40,002 nucleotides of DNA, taken from Anaerolineales bacterium UBA4826. Lineage in GTDB: Bacteria; Chloroflexota; Anaerolineae; UBA4142. Position 1 is the first letter of the stretch. Each line of letters starts with the position of its first letter. The stretch spans positions 6,693 to 46,694 of the forward strand of contig DHFK01000008.1 in NCBI GenBank assembly GCA_002400365.1, written 5' to 3'. A model generated the notes under the pieces. The model was given only the letters and a program-made list of their open reading frames with translations. It was not told the DNA's origin and searched no databases. The translations under genes were made by a program, and so were the position numbers. Shown in pieces: positions 17,872 to 26,957 of the stretch.

Positions 17872-20733
17872 ATGACTGATCTCGCGATGCCCCCCGCGCA
17901 ACTTGATCTGCGCGCGGCTGCGGCGCTTTCAGCGCAAGCCGCGCCGCTCCGCGTCCACAACCTCCTCAACGACTTGCGCGCGCTCGCGCCGCTACTCGTG
18001 GATCAGTTGCGGCAATCCGCTTGGCTCGACGCCTATCTGCTCGCCGCCGGCATGAACCAGATCGTCGAGGACTATCTCCACCCCGATTCTTTCCTCTTGG
18101 GGCGCGCCGCCAAATATCTGACGCAACTGGGCGCGCCGCCGGGATTGTTTGCCGCGCGCATCGCGCAAGGGCTGAGCGCAGTCATCGCGCGCCTCCACGC
18201 GTATCAGCCGGAAACGCGGCGCGTGATGCGTTGGCAAACCGATTGGGCGGCGTTCACGCAACAACTCGCGAATCTGGTCGCCGACGCAACCGGCGCGCGC
18301 GCCGACACCCAGCGCGTCGTTCCAAAGGCAGAACTGGTCCGATCAGGCGAAACGCTGGTCGCGCAATCGAAACATTTCCCACCGCGCCTGCTCGACGCGA
18401 TACTGCGCCTGCCATCGTGCTTCCGCGGCTTTGACCAACAGCCCGCCGATCTGGAGCGCATGGTGCGAGAATTCTCACAGCGATTTCCCGACCGCCGCAA
18501 ACCGTTGGTCGTCGTCGGCATCCGCACCTCCGGTAGTTACCTCGCGCCGCTGCTGGCGGCTTTTCTGCAAGCGAACGATTACCCGGACGTGCGCGTTATG
18601 ACTCTGCGACCCGAACGCCGATTGTTCGCAGCCGAGCGCGCGCTGCTCCAACGCGCGATCCAGCAAGACGGGTTGGTCCTAGTGACCGACGATCCGCCGG
18701 TCACCGGCAGCGCGATGTACAAGTCGCTGAAGGAATTGGAGCGGCTCGGCGTCCCCGGTCGGGCGATCGTCCTCCTGTTGCAACTGTTCGGAGCGCGCGA
18801 CACAATGCCCCGGCTCTTGCAGCAATATGTGAGCGTGCTTGTCCCGTGGGACGAATGGCACATTCACGCACAACTCGCGCCGCACGCGATTCAGGCGGCG
18901 CTAACCGGACTCGTATCAGAAACCCTCAAGGTTCAAGTGACTGAGGTCGAACGACTGCCGCTGCCGCCGCGCAAATCCCCGCGCAGCCACGTCCACGCGC
19001 TCTACCGCGCGCGCCTGGTTGACTCGCGCACCGGCGCGCAATGGGATCAGCGCGTTTTCGTCAAAGGGGTTGGGTTGGGGTATTTCGGCGCGTACTCTCT
19101 GGCAGTGGCAGAGAAACTGCACGATTTTCTGCCAACCATCTACGGACTCCACGCCGGCTTGTTCTACCAAGCCTGGCTGCCGGAAGAACGGCGCGTGACC
19201 GCGATCGCGCCGGGACAAGCACACGCGCTCGCCGCGCCGATAGCCGCGTACGTCGCGGCGCGGCACCGCGCGCTCGCGCTTGACGAAGACATCGGCGCGC
19301 GACTGTTTGGCGAAAGTCCGGCGTGGGAAGTCGCCAGCAATTTGCTCAGCCGCGTCTACGGAAGCGCCTGGCCCTTTATGCGAATTCTGGTCGTAGATCC
19401 GATCGTCAAACATCTCTTGCGCGTCGAGCATCCTTCCGTTGTAGATGGTCGGATGCCGCTCTCGCACTGGTTTGTGGACGACGCCGGCGCCGGGCTGCTC
19501 AAGAGCGATTTCGACGAAGGCACCTTTTCCAACGCGGTCGAACTGACGAGTTACGATTCAGTGTTCGAACTCGCGAGTCTCGTCGCCCACTGCGATCTCG
19601 CCGGCGCGACGCCTGACCAGGTTGATGAATTGGCGCGACATCTGCGCGCGACGTACACGCGACTCGCGCGCGCGCCGGTGGACGCGGAGCGCTGGCTCCT
19701 CTACCAACTGGTCCACCTCTGGGACGTTCAACACACCGACTCTCAGCAGGCGAACCGCGTCCGGCGCGCATCCGCGCGCGCGATGCAGCGCTACTTTGCC
19801 GAGGTTTTCTTTCGAGATTTGCCGCTAAACCAGCATCCCTCGACTCGCTCCGCTCAGGATGCCGCACTCTGCGCGATTGACATTGATGGCGTCCTGGAGG
19901 CATCGCTGCTGGGTTTCCCTGGACTGACGCCGACTGGCGCGCTGACGCTCCGCGCTTTGGCAACGCACGGCTATCGTCCCGTTCTGGCAACGGGGCGCTG
20001 TCTGGACGAAGTGCGCGAGCGCTGCCACGCCTACCGCCTTGCCGGCGGCGTCGCCGAGTACGGCGCGGTCGTCTACAATCGTCAGGCCGAACGCGTCGTA
20101 TCCCTCTTGTCCGAACGCGATCGCGCTGATCTCGATCGCCTGCGCTCGGTCTTGTCCAGGATCGAAGGCGTCTTTTTGGACGACGAGTATCGCTACGCCG
20201 TGCGCGGTTATCGGTATGATCCGACCGGTCGCAGACGCAGTTTGGATCTGGGAACGATTACCGCCGCGCTTGCGGACGCGGGAATGTTAGAGCGCATCCG
20301 ACCGATCGTGGGTCAAGCCCAGACCGATTTCATGGTCATCGGAATTGACAAAGGCGCGGGCTTGCGCGTCCTTGCCCAAGACCTGGGTGTGGATGATCGA
20401 GCGAACGATGCCAAGCCCCTGGCGTTCGCGGTGGGTGATGCGTCTCCCGACCTGCCGATGTTCGAGTTAGCCGCGTGCGCGTGCGCGCCAGCCAACGCGG
20501 ACGCGGCGGTGCGAAACGCCGGTGTGAAGGTCATGTCGAGACCGTATCAGCGCGGCTTGGCGCAGGCGGCGGCTCTACTCCTGGGACACTTTCCCGGCAG
20601 TTGTGCGCTCTGTCGCGTACCGCCGCTCTCCGCCGACGCGCACCTGCTCAACGATTTGCTCGCCGCGCCGGAAGTTGGCAGATGGGGTAGACTCGGAAAG
20701 GCTATCCTTCTCAGTCTCCGGGCAACACGATAA
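17872..20733 (+). CDS. 953-aa multidomain protein: PRTase-like + degenerate APH/kinase-like + Cof-type HAD phosphatase
   Basis: PRTase-like VVGIRTSGSYLAP and LVTDDPPVTGS; kinase-like VFVK..VDGRM..LLKSDFD; HAD motifs DIDGVL, LATGR, AEYGA, IDKG, GDASPDLPM, PANA. The HAD call is firm; the other two are tentative. Confidence 0.75.
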   Translation: MTDLAMPPAQLDLRAAAALSAQAAPLRVHNLLNDLRALAPLLVDQLRQSAWLDAYLLAAGMNQIVEDYLHPDSFLLGRAAKYLTQLGAPPGLFAARIAQGLSAVIARLHAYQPETRRVMRWQTDWAAFTQQLANLVADATGARADTQRVVPKAELVRSGETLVAQSKHFPPRLLDAILRLPSCFRGFDQQPADLERMVREFSQRFPDRRKPLVVVGIRTSGSYLAPLLAAFLQANDYPDVRVMTLRPERRLFAAERALLQRAIQQDGLVLVTDDPPVTGSAMYKSLKELERLGVPGRAIVLLLQLFGARDTMPRLLQQYVSVLVPWDEWHIHAQLAPHAIQAALTGLVSETLKVQVTEVERLPLPPRKSPRSHVHALYRARLVDSRTGAQWDQRVFVKGVGLGYFGAYSLAVAEKLHDFLPTIYGLHAGLFYQAWLPEERRVTAIAPGQAHALAAPIAAYVAARHRALALDEDIGARLFGESPAWEVASNLLSRVYGSAWPFMRILVVDPIVKHLLRVEHPSVVDGRMPLSHWFVDDAGAGLLKSDFDEGTFSNAVELTSYDSVFELASLVAHCDLAGATPDQVDELARHLRATYTRLARAPVDAERWLLYQLVHLWDVQHTDSQQANRVRRASARAMQRYFAEVFFRDLPLNQHPSTRSAQDAALCAIDIDGVLEASLLGFPGLTPTGALTLRALATHGYRPVLATGRCLDEVRERCHAYRLAGGVAEYGAVVYNRQAERVVSLLSERDRADLDRLRSVLSRIEGVFLDDEYRYAVRGYRYDPTGRRRSLDLGTITAALADAGMLERIRPIVGQAQTDFMVIGIDKGAGLRVLAQDLGVDDRANDAKPLAFAVGDASPDLPMFELAACACAPANADAAVRNAGVKVMSRPYQRGLAQAAALLLGHFPGSCALCRVPPLSADAHLLNDLLAAPEVGRWGRLGKAILLSLRATR
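19833..19862. repeat. 30-bp REP-like hairpin in frame in the 953-aa gene
   Basis: GCATCC-CTCGACTCGCTCCGCTCA-GGATGC; translated as QHPSTRSAQDA just before the HAD domain. Confidence 0.55.
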
Positions 20734-20747
20734 GAAGAAGTAGTTGC

Positions 20748-21800
20748 ATGCAAGTCCATTCGCTGACAGTGACCAGCCCCGCGCCGCGTGCGGTCTGGCT
20801 CGACGTGCTCAAAGCGGACCCGGCTGCGCTCGTCTCTCAGACGCCGGCGTGGCTCGACGCGATGTGCGCGACCGGCGGTTACGCAGATGCGAGTCGTCTC
20901 TACGAAACGCGCGAGGGGCGGCGTTTGGTGCTGCCGATGGCACGCCGCGCACATTTGCCTCACGCGCTGGCAACTCAGGCGTCTTTTCCGAATGCGTGGG
21001 GCATGGGTGGGCTGATCGCGCCGGGAGGTGTTCGCACGGAAGAAATCGCCGCCGTCTTGGCGGACCTGGCGCGACAGCCGGCGCTGCGCACCTTGATTCG
21101 ACCCGATCCCTTGGCTGGCGAGAAATGGGCAGCCGCCAAGCCCGCCGGCGTGATCGCGATCCCGCGCCTGGCGCACGTGCTCGACCTGCAAGGCGGATTC
21201 GATCAGGTTTGGACCAAGCGCTTTACAGGCACCGCGCGCACGGCCGTCCGCAAAGCCGAACAATCCAATCTCACCGTGCAATGTGATACCACCGGCAAAC
21301 TGGTCCCGATTTTCTACGATCTCTTTTCTCGCTCACTCGACCGCTGGGGCAAACAGCAGCACGAGCCGTTGTGGCTGGCGCGCTGGCGCGGGCAACAGCG
21401 CGATCCGCTCCGCAAGTTTCAGGTCTTGGCGAAGACGCTGGGCGACGCGTTCCGCATCTGGGTCGCCTGGGCCAACGGGCAGCCCGCCGCGACGATCCTG
21501 GTGCTGCAAGGCGCGAACGCGTCCTACACGCGCGGCGCGATGGACAAGGAACTTGCCGGTCCCACTCGAGCGAACTATTTGCTTCACCAATTGGCGATCG
21601 AGGAGGCGTGCCGCGCCGGGTGCCGTTACTATCACATGGGCGAGACCGGCGCATCGGCGGCGCTGGCTCAATTCAAGACCCGGTTTGGCGCAACGGCGTA
21701 CGCCTACGCCGAGTATCGGCTAGAACGGCTCCCCATAACGAACGCAGACAGAAAACTGCGCGACCTGGTCAAACGACTCATTGGGTTCAAGGATGCGTAG
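20748..21800 (+). CDS. FemAB/BcsL-like tandem GNAT (amino)acyltransferase
   Basis: QTPAW; HVLDL..FDQVW; RTAVRKAEQ; RANYLLHQLAIEEAC; YYHMGET; LAQFKTRFGA. Confidence 0.85.
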   Translation: MQVHSLTVTSPAPRAVWLDVLKADPAALVSQTPAWLDAMCATGGYADASRLYETREGRRLVLPMARRAHLPHALATQASFPNAWGMGGLIAPGGVRTEEIAAVLADLARQPALRTLIRPDPLAGEKWAAAKPAGVIAIPRLAHVLDLQGGFDQVWTKRFTGTARTAVRKAEQSNLTVQCDTTGKLVPIFYDLFSRSLDRWGKQQHEPLWLARWRGQQRDPLRKFQVLAKTLGDAFRIWVAWANGQPAATILVLQGANASYTRGAMDKELAGPTRANYLLHQLAIEEACRAGCRYYHMGETGASAALAQFKTRFGATAYAYAEYRLERLPITNADRKLRDLVKRLIGFKDA

Positions 21801-21817
21801 CCATAGGGTTGTCTCTC

Positions 21818-24226
21818 ATGTACTCAGCAGTTAGGCGTCGCTTGCAAACTTCAGTTGCCCAGATCATGGCCCACGCGCGGACGCCGTTGTATCGCAACGG
21901 CTATGCGTTGATCCTCAGTTCCGTCTCCACGTCGGGACTGGGCGTAGTCTATTGGATTCTGGCGGCGCGCATCTATGCAGCCGAGATCGTCGGGCTAAAT
22001 TCGGCGGCGATCTCCGCCATGATGTTTCTTGCCGGCGTGTCGCAACTAAACCTGATGAGCGCGTTGATGCGCTTTATCCCAAAGATGGGGCGCGCCACCC
22101 GGCAGTTTGTGATCAATACGTATCTGATCGCCACCGCCGTGGCGGCGGCGGCGAGTCTGGTGTATATTCTGGGGCTCGAGACGTGGTCGCCGGCGCTGGG
22201 CTTTATTCGTTCGGACTTGCTCTTTGTCCTCTGGTTCAGCGCGGCGACGATGGCTTGGTGCATTTTCGTGCTCCAAGACAGCGCACTCACCGGCTTGCGG
22301 CAGGCGACGTGGGTGCCGATCGAGAACTCGATCTTTGCCATTGCGAAACTCGTCCTACTGCTCGCCCTGGCGGGACCCTTTCCGCAGTACGGCGTGTTCG
22401 CCTCGTGGACGATCGCGCTGATGCTGTCGCTGCTGCCCACCAACTTTTTGATTTTTCAGTATCTGATTCCGCGCCATGTCCAAGAGACCCAGGATCAACA
22501 AGCGCCGCCCGCGCCCAGCCAGGTCGCGCGGTACGTCGCGGGCGATTACGTCGGCTCTTTGTTTTGGCTCATGGCGACCACCTTGATGCCGGTCATCGTG
22601 ATCGAGATCGCGGGCGCGGCGGCAACCGCGTACTTTTACTTGTCCTGGACGATCATCAACTCGCTCTACAACTTTAGCGCGGATATGGGCGCATCGCTCA
22701 TCGTCGAAGGTTCGCGCGATCCAGCCAAGTTGGGCATCTACAGCCAGCGCATGGTTTTCCAAACTGCCAAGATCGTGACGCCGCTCGTCGTGGTTTTGCT
22801 GGTGGGCGCGCCGTGGATCCTTGCCATCTTTGGCGGCGACTATGCCGCCGAAGGCGCGGTGCTGTTACGAATCCTCGCGCTGTCAACCATTCCGAACATC
22901 ATCACCGCGCTCTACATCGCCACAGCGCGCGTGCAACGCCGCGTCACCGCGGTCGTCGTCGTGCTCGCCACGTTGTGCGTGCTCGTCCTCGGTTTGAGTT
23001 TCGTCCTCTTGAAGATGGTGGGAGTCGTGGGTGTCGGCTGGGCTTGGCTGATCAGCCAGAGCATGATTGCCAGCGTGCTATTATTTACCCAGTTTCGCCG
23101 ACTCTGGGTTTCACTCCCGGAAGACAGACGATCGCCAAGCCAGTCGCGCACGACGCCGACCCAATTGATTTACCGGCTCGCAGTCATCGTGCGACCGCTC
23201 GTCCTCGTTGGTCAGCCGCTATTGAATTACTGGAGCAACCGAACTCGTTTTGCCCAGGTCGCCAAGTTCATGCCCGACATTCTGCCGACGATCCCATCCA
23301 TCGCCGGTGCGCCGCCGATCAGGTGGACCGAGCAGCGCTGTATCCGCACCGTGAACGATATGGTGGTGATCGCGGTCGGTCCGCCGAATCGCCCGCCCGC
23401 GGCGCTGGTCAAGTTGCCGCAAAGCGCTTCCGCCCGAACAAGTTTACACCGGCACAAGACGGTGCTAGAGACGCTCGGCAAGGATTCACGACTGGGTGAA
23501 TGGCGCGCGCTGTTGCCCACGGTGTTGGCGGCGGGCGATGTCTCGGGGCAGCCGTACCTGGTCGAGCAGATCATGCCCGGAGTTGACGCGCGGCGTATCC
23601 TCGGCGAACCAGCCGCGCGTGCACGCTTTCAAATCGCCGCGGCAAGCTCAATCGGGCAACTGCACGCGCGGACTGCCGCCTCGGTCATCGTCAACGAAGG
23701 ATTGCTCGAGTGCTGGATTGACGAGCCGCTGCGCGCGATCCGCGACGCGCAGACCGCCGACCAGCAAAAAGCCATTGAGCGTCTGGCGGTCGAGTTGCGT
23801 CAAGCCCTGGTAGGGCGCAGACTAGTCGTCAGTTGGATTCACGGCGATTTCGTGCCAGATAACATCCTGGTCACACCGGACGGGAGCGCTCTGCTCGGAA
23901 TTGTAGATTGGGAACTTGGCCAACCCGACGACCTGCCGCGGCTCGACCGGTTGCATCTCTTGCTCTCGACACGCGTCCTCGCGCAGCGCCGCGAACTGGG
24001 CGATGTTTTGCGCGCGCTGCTGGGGGGCGAGCCGTGGACGCCGGAGGAGCAGGCGCTCCTGGATCGAGAACCCGCCGCATTGACGGGTGACAGCGTATCC
24101 CCGCGCGCCATGTTGCTGCTCGCCTGGCTGCGCCACGTATCGGCAAACCTCACGAAATCAACCCACTATGCCACCCACTGGTTGTGGCTTGCCAAGAACG
24201 TCCAAGCCGTGCTACAATTGGTGTAG
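21818..24226 (+). CDS. Wzx-like polysaccharide flippase fused to an APH/choline-kinase-like phosphotransferase (~802 aa)
   Basis: Start likely ATG 21818 or 21866; LYRNGYALILSS...GLGVVYWILAAR then ~12 hydrophobic segments; C-terminal LVKLP, YLVEQIMPG, IHGDFVPDNIL, IVDWE in the same frame. Confidence 0.85.
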   Translation: MYSAVRRRLQTSVAQIMAHARTPLYRNGYALILSSVSTSGLGVVYWILAARIYAAEIVGLNSAAISAMMFLAGVSQLNLMSALMRFIPKMGRATRQFVINTYLIATAVAAAASLVYILGLETWSPALGFIRSDLLFVLWFSAATMAWCIFVLQDSALTGLRQATWVPIENSIFAIAKLVLLLALAGPFPQYGVFASWTIALMLSLLPTNFLIFQYLIPRHVQETQDQQAPPAPSQVARYVAGDYVGSLFWLMATTLMPVIVIEIAGAAATAYFYLSWTIINSLYNFSADMGASLIVEGSRDPAKLGIYSQRMVFQTAKIVTPLVVVLLVGAPWILAIFGGDYAAEGAVLLRILALSTIPNIITALYIATARVQRRVTAVVVVLATLCVLVLGLSFVLLKMVGVVGVGWAWLISQSMIASVLLFTQFRRLWVSLPEDRRSPSQSRTTPTQLIYRLAVIVRPLVLVGQPLLNYWSNRTRFAQVAKFMPDILPTIPSIAGAPPIRWTEQRCIRTVNDMVVIAVGPPNRPPAALVKLPQSASARTSLHRHKTVLETLGKDSRLGEWRALLPTVLAAGDVSGQPYLVEQIMPGVDARRILGEPAARARFQIAAASSIGQLHARTAASVIVNEGLLECWIDEPLRAIRDAQTADQQKAIERLAVELRQALVGRRLVVSWIHGDFVPDNILVTPDGSALLGIVDWELGQPDDLPRLDRLHLLLSTRVLAQRRELGDVLRALLGGEPWTPEEQALLDREPAALTGDSVSPRAMLLLAWLRHVSANLTKSTHYATHWLWLAKNVQAVLQLV

Positions 24227-24232
24227 CCGTTA

Positions 24233-26086
24233 ATGACCACCAATTCAATCTCCCGCGCCCAGCCAAGCGGCGCGACGAAAACGATACCGCTGGGAATAAC
24301 CGCGAGCGTAGTTCTCACGCTGTGCGCTATCGCGCTGTGGGGCGTTTCACTCTCTCAAGTCAATCTCAGCCGCATGGACGACTATGGGTTGATGTCGGTC
24401 CTGCCCTGGACATTCTACGCCGCGTTCATTCTTTTGACGATTGGTTTCGCCCTAGCCCTGCATCAGCCGCAATTGTCCGAACCGATTCTACTCCTCGATC
24501 TCGGCGTTCTGATCCTATTCATTCACGGCACGCCGCAACTTCTCTACGGAACGCTGCGGTACGCCTGGGCTTGGAAGCACATCGGCGTTGTCGAGTTCAT
24601 CCAGCGGCATGGCAGCATAGACCCGAACGTAGACGCGTACCACAACTGGCCCGGCTTTTTCGCGCTGGGCGCGCTCTTTACCGATGCGGCGGGACTCGAC
24701 AGCGCGCTCGGCTATGCCGGCTGGGGCCCGGCGTTTTTCAACCTTGTCTTCGTCGGCGCGCTCTTGATGATCTTCAAAACGCTCACTACCGATCGGCGCC
24801 TGGTCTGGCTGGGCGTCTGGTTCTTCGCGCTCACCAACTGGATCGGGCAAGATTATTTCTCCCCGCAGGCATTCGGCTATTTCCTCTATCTGATTGTCAT
24901 CGGCATCTGCCTCGCGTGGTTCCGCGTGACGACGCCGCCAGGCAAGTTGGCGATCAAGCGGTGGGTCCGGCTCGACCGGCTGGCGTCCCGCCTGCGCGAT
25001 CTTTTCACTCGCGCGCTGAACAGCGCGCCGCCCGGACCGCCTTCCCATCCGTACCAACGCGTCGGGATGATGATGATCGTCCTCCCGATCTTGGGCGTAG
25101 TCGCCGCCAGTCACCAACTCACGCCGTTCATGATGATCAGCGCGCTGGCGGCATTGGTGGTCCTGCAGATCACCACCACGCGCAATCTTCCGCTGCTGAT
25201 GGTCGTTTTCACCGGGACCTGGATGCTGTACCTCGCCGAGGCTTTTTTGCGCGGCAATCTATACTGGGTGGTTGACTCGATCGGGCAGTTGTTCCAGGTA
25301 TCCAGCCCCGACCTGGTGGACATTTCGATCGCCAGTCGTGATCAAGCGGTGGTAGCCATCGTCGGCCGAGTGTTCACCGCCTTCGTCGGGTTGCTGGCGC
25401 TGCTGGGCGGCATCCGCCGGCTGCGCGCGGGCTATTGGGACCTGGCGGCGATTACGTTGATCGTCGTCCCGTTCGCGATGCTCGTCGCGAATTCGTACGG
25501 CGGCGAGATGCTGTTCCGCTCGTACTTTTTCGCGCTCCCGTTCTTGGCTTTTTTCGCTGGAGCGTTGCTGCAGCCCCGCCCGGCAGCCGGCGCGTCAGGG
25601 TGGAGAACGGCAGCCACGATCTTGTTGAGCGGCGCGCTCTTCGTGGGATTGCTGTTCGCGTACTATGGCAAAGAGCGCATGTACTTTTTCACGCGGCCAG
25701 AGGTGGCTGCCGCGCAGTATCTGTACGACGGCGCGCCCAAGGGTTCGATCTTTGTGAGCGTGACCTGGGACTATCCTTCGCTATTCCATAACTACGAGTA
25801 CTATCGAAACGCGCCGATCTGTTGTGGCAGCAAGCAAATACTGCCGCGCGGGCAGGCGACCCTCGTCGCGGATCTTCTGCGTCTGATGAAATCACACCCG
25901 GTGGGCTATGTGATTTTCTCGCGGGGTCAACGCGCGCACGTCGAAATGATCGGCTTGATGCCGCTGGACCAATTGGCAATGGCAGAGCAAACGATCAGGC
26001 AGTCCACGGAGTTTCGATTGGTTTACCAGAATTCGGACGCCGAAATCTACGCGTGGGTCAATCCTGGCGGTGGAGTCGGAAAATGA
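24233..26086 (+). CDS. Polytopic membrane protein, putative GT-C glycosyltransferase or polymerase
   Basis: ~13 hydrophobic segments with conserved-looking loops (RYAWAWKHIGVV, YHNWPGFF, NWIGQDYFSPQ, SHQLTP, SYGGEMLFR); soluble C-terminal domain; operon context. Confidence 0.7.
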   Translation: MTTNSISRAQPSGATKTIPLGITASVVLTLCAIALWGVSLSQVNLSRMDDYGLMSVLPWTFYAAFILLTIGFALALHQPQLSEPILLLDLGVLILFIHGTPQLLYGTLRYAWAWKHIGVVEFIQRHGSIDPNVDAYHNWPGFFALGALFTDAAGLDSALGYAGWGPAFFNLVFVGALLMIFKTLTTDRRLVWLGVWFFALTNWIGQDYFSPQAFGYFLYLIVIGICLAWFRVTTPPGKLAIKRWVRLDRLASRLRDLFTRALNSAPPGPPSHPYQRVGMMMIVLPILGVVAASHQLTPFMMISALAALVVLQITTTRNLPLLMVVFTGTWMLYLAEAFLRGNLYWVVDSIGQLFQVSSPDLVDISIASRDQAVVAIVGRVFTAFVGLLALLGGIRRLRAGYWDLAAITLIVVPFAMLVANSYGGEMLFRSYFFALPFLAFFAGALLQPRPAAGASGWRTAATILLSGALFVGLLFAYYGKERMYFFTRPEVAAAQYLYDGAPKGSIFVSVTWDYPSLFHNYEYYRNAPICCGSKQILPRGQATLVADLLRLMKSHPVGYVIFSRGQRAHVEMIGLMPLDQLAMAEQTIRQSTEFRLVYQNSDAEIYAWVNPGGGVGK

Positions 26087-26436
26087 AGCGGGCAACCTGG
26101 CTGCCAGTCACCATCATGGCGTTTGCGTTTGCCGCGGTCTTTATGGCGCTCGCCGATTTGCATACGCTCTTTCGCGCGGCGATCGTCTTTGCTTTTCTGC
26201 TCTTCTGCCCGGGGATGGCGTTCGTCGGCTTGCTGGGGCTAGACGATCGTTTGACCGAATTGATCCTCGCGATTGCCCTGAGTCTCACACTGGACACGCT
26301 CACGGCGATGGTCATGCTGTACATCGGCGTATGGTCGCCGCTGGGCGGTCTCATGGCGCTGGCGGGGCAGAGCGTGGTTGGCTCGACGCTCCAGGTCGCG
26401 CTAGCGAGTCGCGCGCGAGTCGGAGGTACGCCGTAA
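26083..26436 (+). CDS. Small 4-TM membrane protein (DUF1616-like)
   Basis: ATGA overlap with the upstream stop; FLLFCPGMA; LAIALSL. Confidence 0.7.
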   Translation: MKRATWLPVTIMAFAFAAVFMALADLHTLFRAAIVFAFLLFCPGMAFVGLLGLDDRLTELILAIALSLTLDTLTAMVMLYIGVWSPLGGLMALAGQSVVGSTLQVALASRARVGGTP

Positions 26437-26684
26437 TGCCATTCGTGCCTGCCGAACAACTCGCCGCCCTGGTGGACTGGCTGTACCGGTTTCTGCTGTA
26501 TGGTCTCGGCGCGATCGCGATCGTCTTTGTGATCGGGCTGCTGGTCGAACAAGAGATAGTCCGCGCCTACCGCGGCGCATCGCATCAAGATCCGGCGATC
26601 AACACCGCGATCATCATACCGCTCTTGATTGCGTTCTTCGTTCTCGCGATGGTGCACGTTCTGCGGATTCTGGGGTTGCTGTGA
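26436..26684 (+). CDS. Small 2-TM membrane protein (82 aa)
   Basis: TAATG translational coupling; two hydrophobic helices. Confidence 0.68.
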   Translation: MPFVPAEQLAALVDWLYRFLLYGLGAIAIVFVIGLLVEQEIVRAYRGASHQDPAINTAIIIPLLIAFFVLAMVHVLRILGLL

Positions 26685-26768
26685 TTGTCGCTGCGGAATT
26701 TGCGACGCACCTAAAGTCCGTCGCAAGACTGCGCGAACGTCTTCCAACTCAAGCGCGGCTAAAAGCAC

Positions 26769-26806
26769 AGGCACCCTAGACGAGATGGATTTCGTCTAGG
26801 GTGCCT
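26769..26806. terminator. Probably bidirectional intrinsic terminator between convergent operons
   Basis: AGGCACCCTAGACGAGAT-gg-ATTTCGTCTAGGGTGCCT, followed by TTCTTT on + and GTGCTTTT on -. Confidence 0.75.
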
Positions 26807-26809
26807 TTC

Positions 26810-26940
26810 TTTCGCGAGAGATCAGAAACCCGTTTTTCTAACCTTGCGCAGGTTGCGGAAGGGTATGCGAAAGCGACGGTTCTTGGCCAGGAAAGCGCAT
26901 TTCATTCGAAGACGGCTGACGAACCTTCGCAAGGTTGGGC
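26810..26940. repeat. ~130-bp REP-like cassette
   Basis: AGAAACCCGTTTTTCT (26824-26839) plus inverted 15-mers AACCTTGCGCAGGTT (26840-26854) and AACCTTCGCAAGGTT (26922-26936). Confidence 0.65.
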
Positions 26941-26957
26941 TTACGATACTTGGTTGC

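Noticed and set aside
21371-21817. N-terminal extension of the flippase ORF
   Set aside because: It overlaps the GNAT gene in another frame and is not protein-like.
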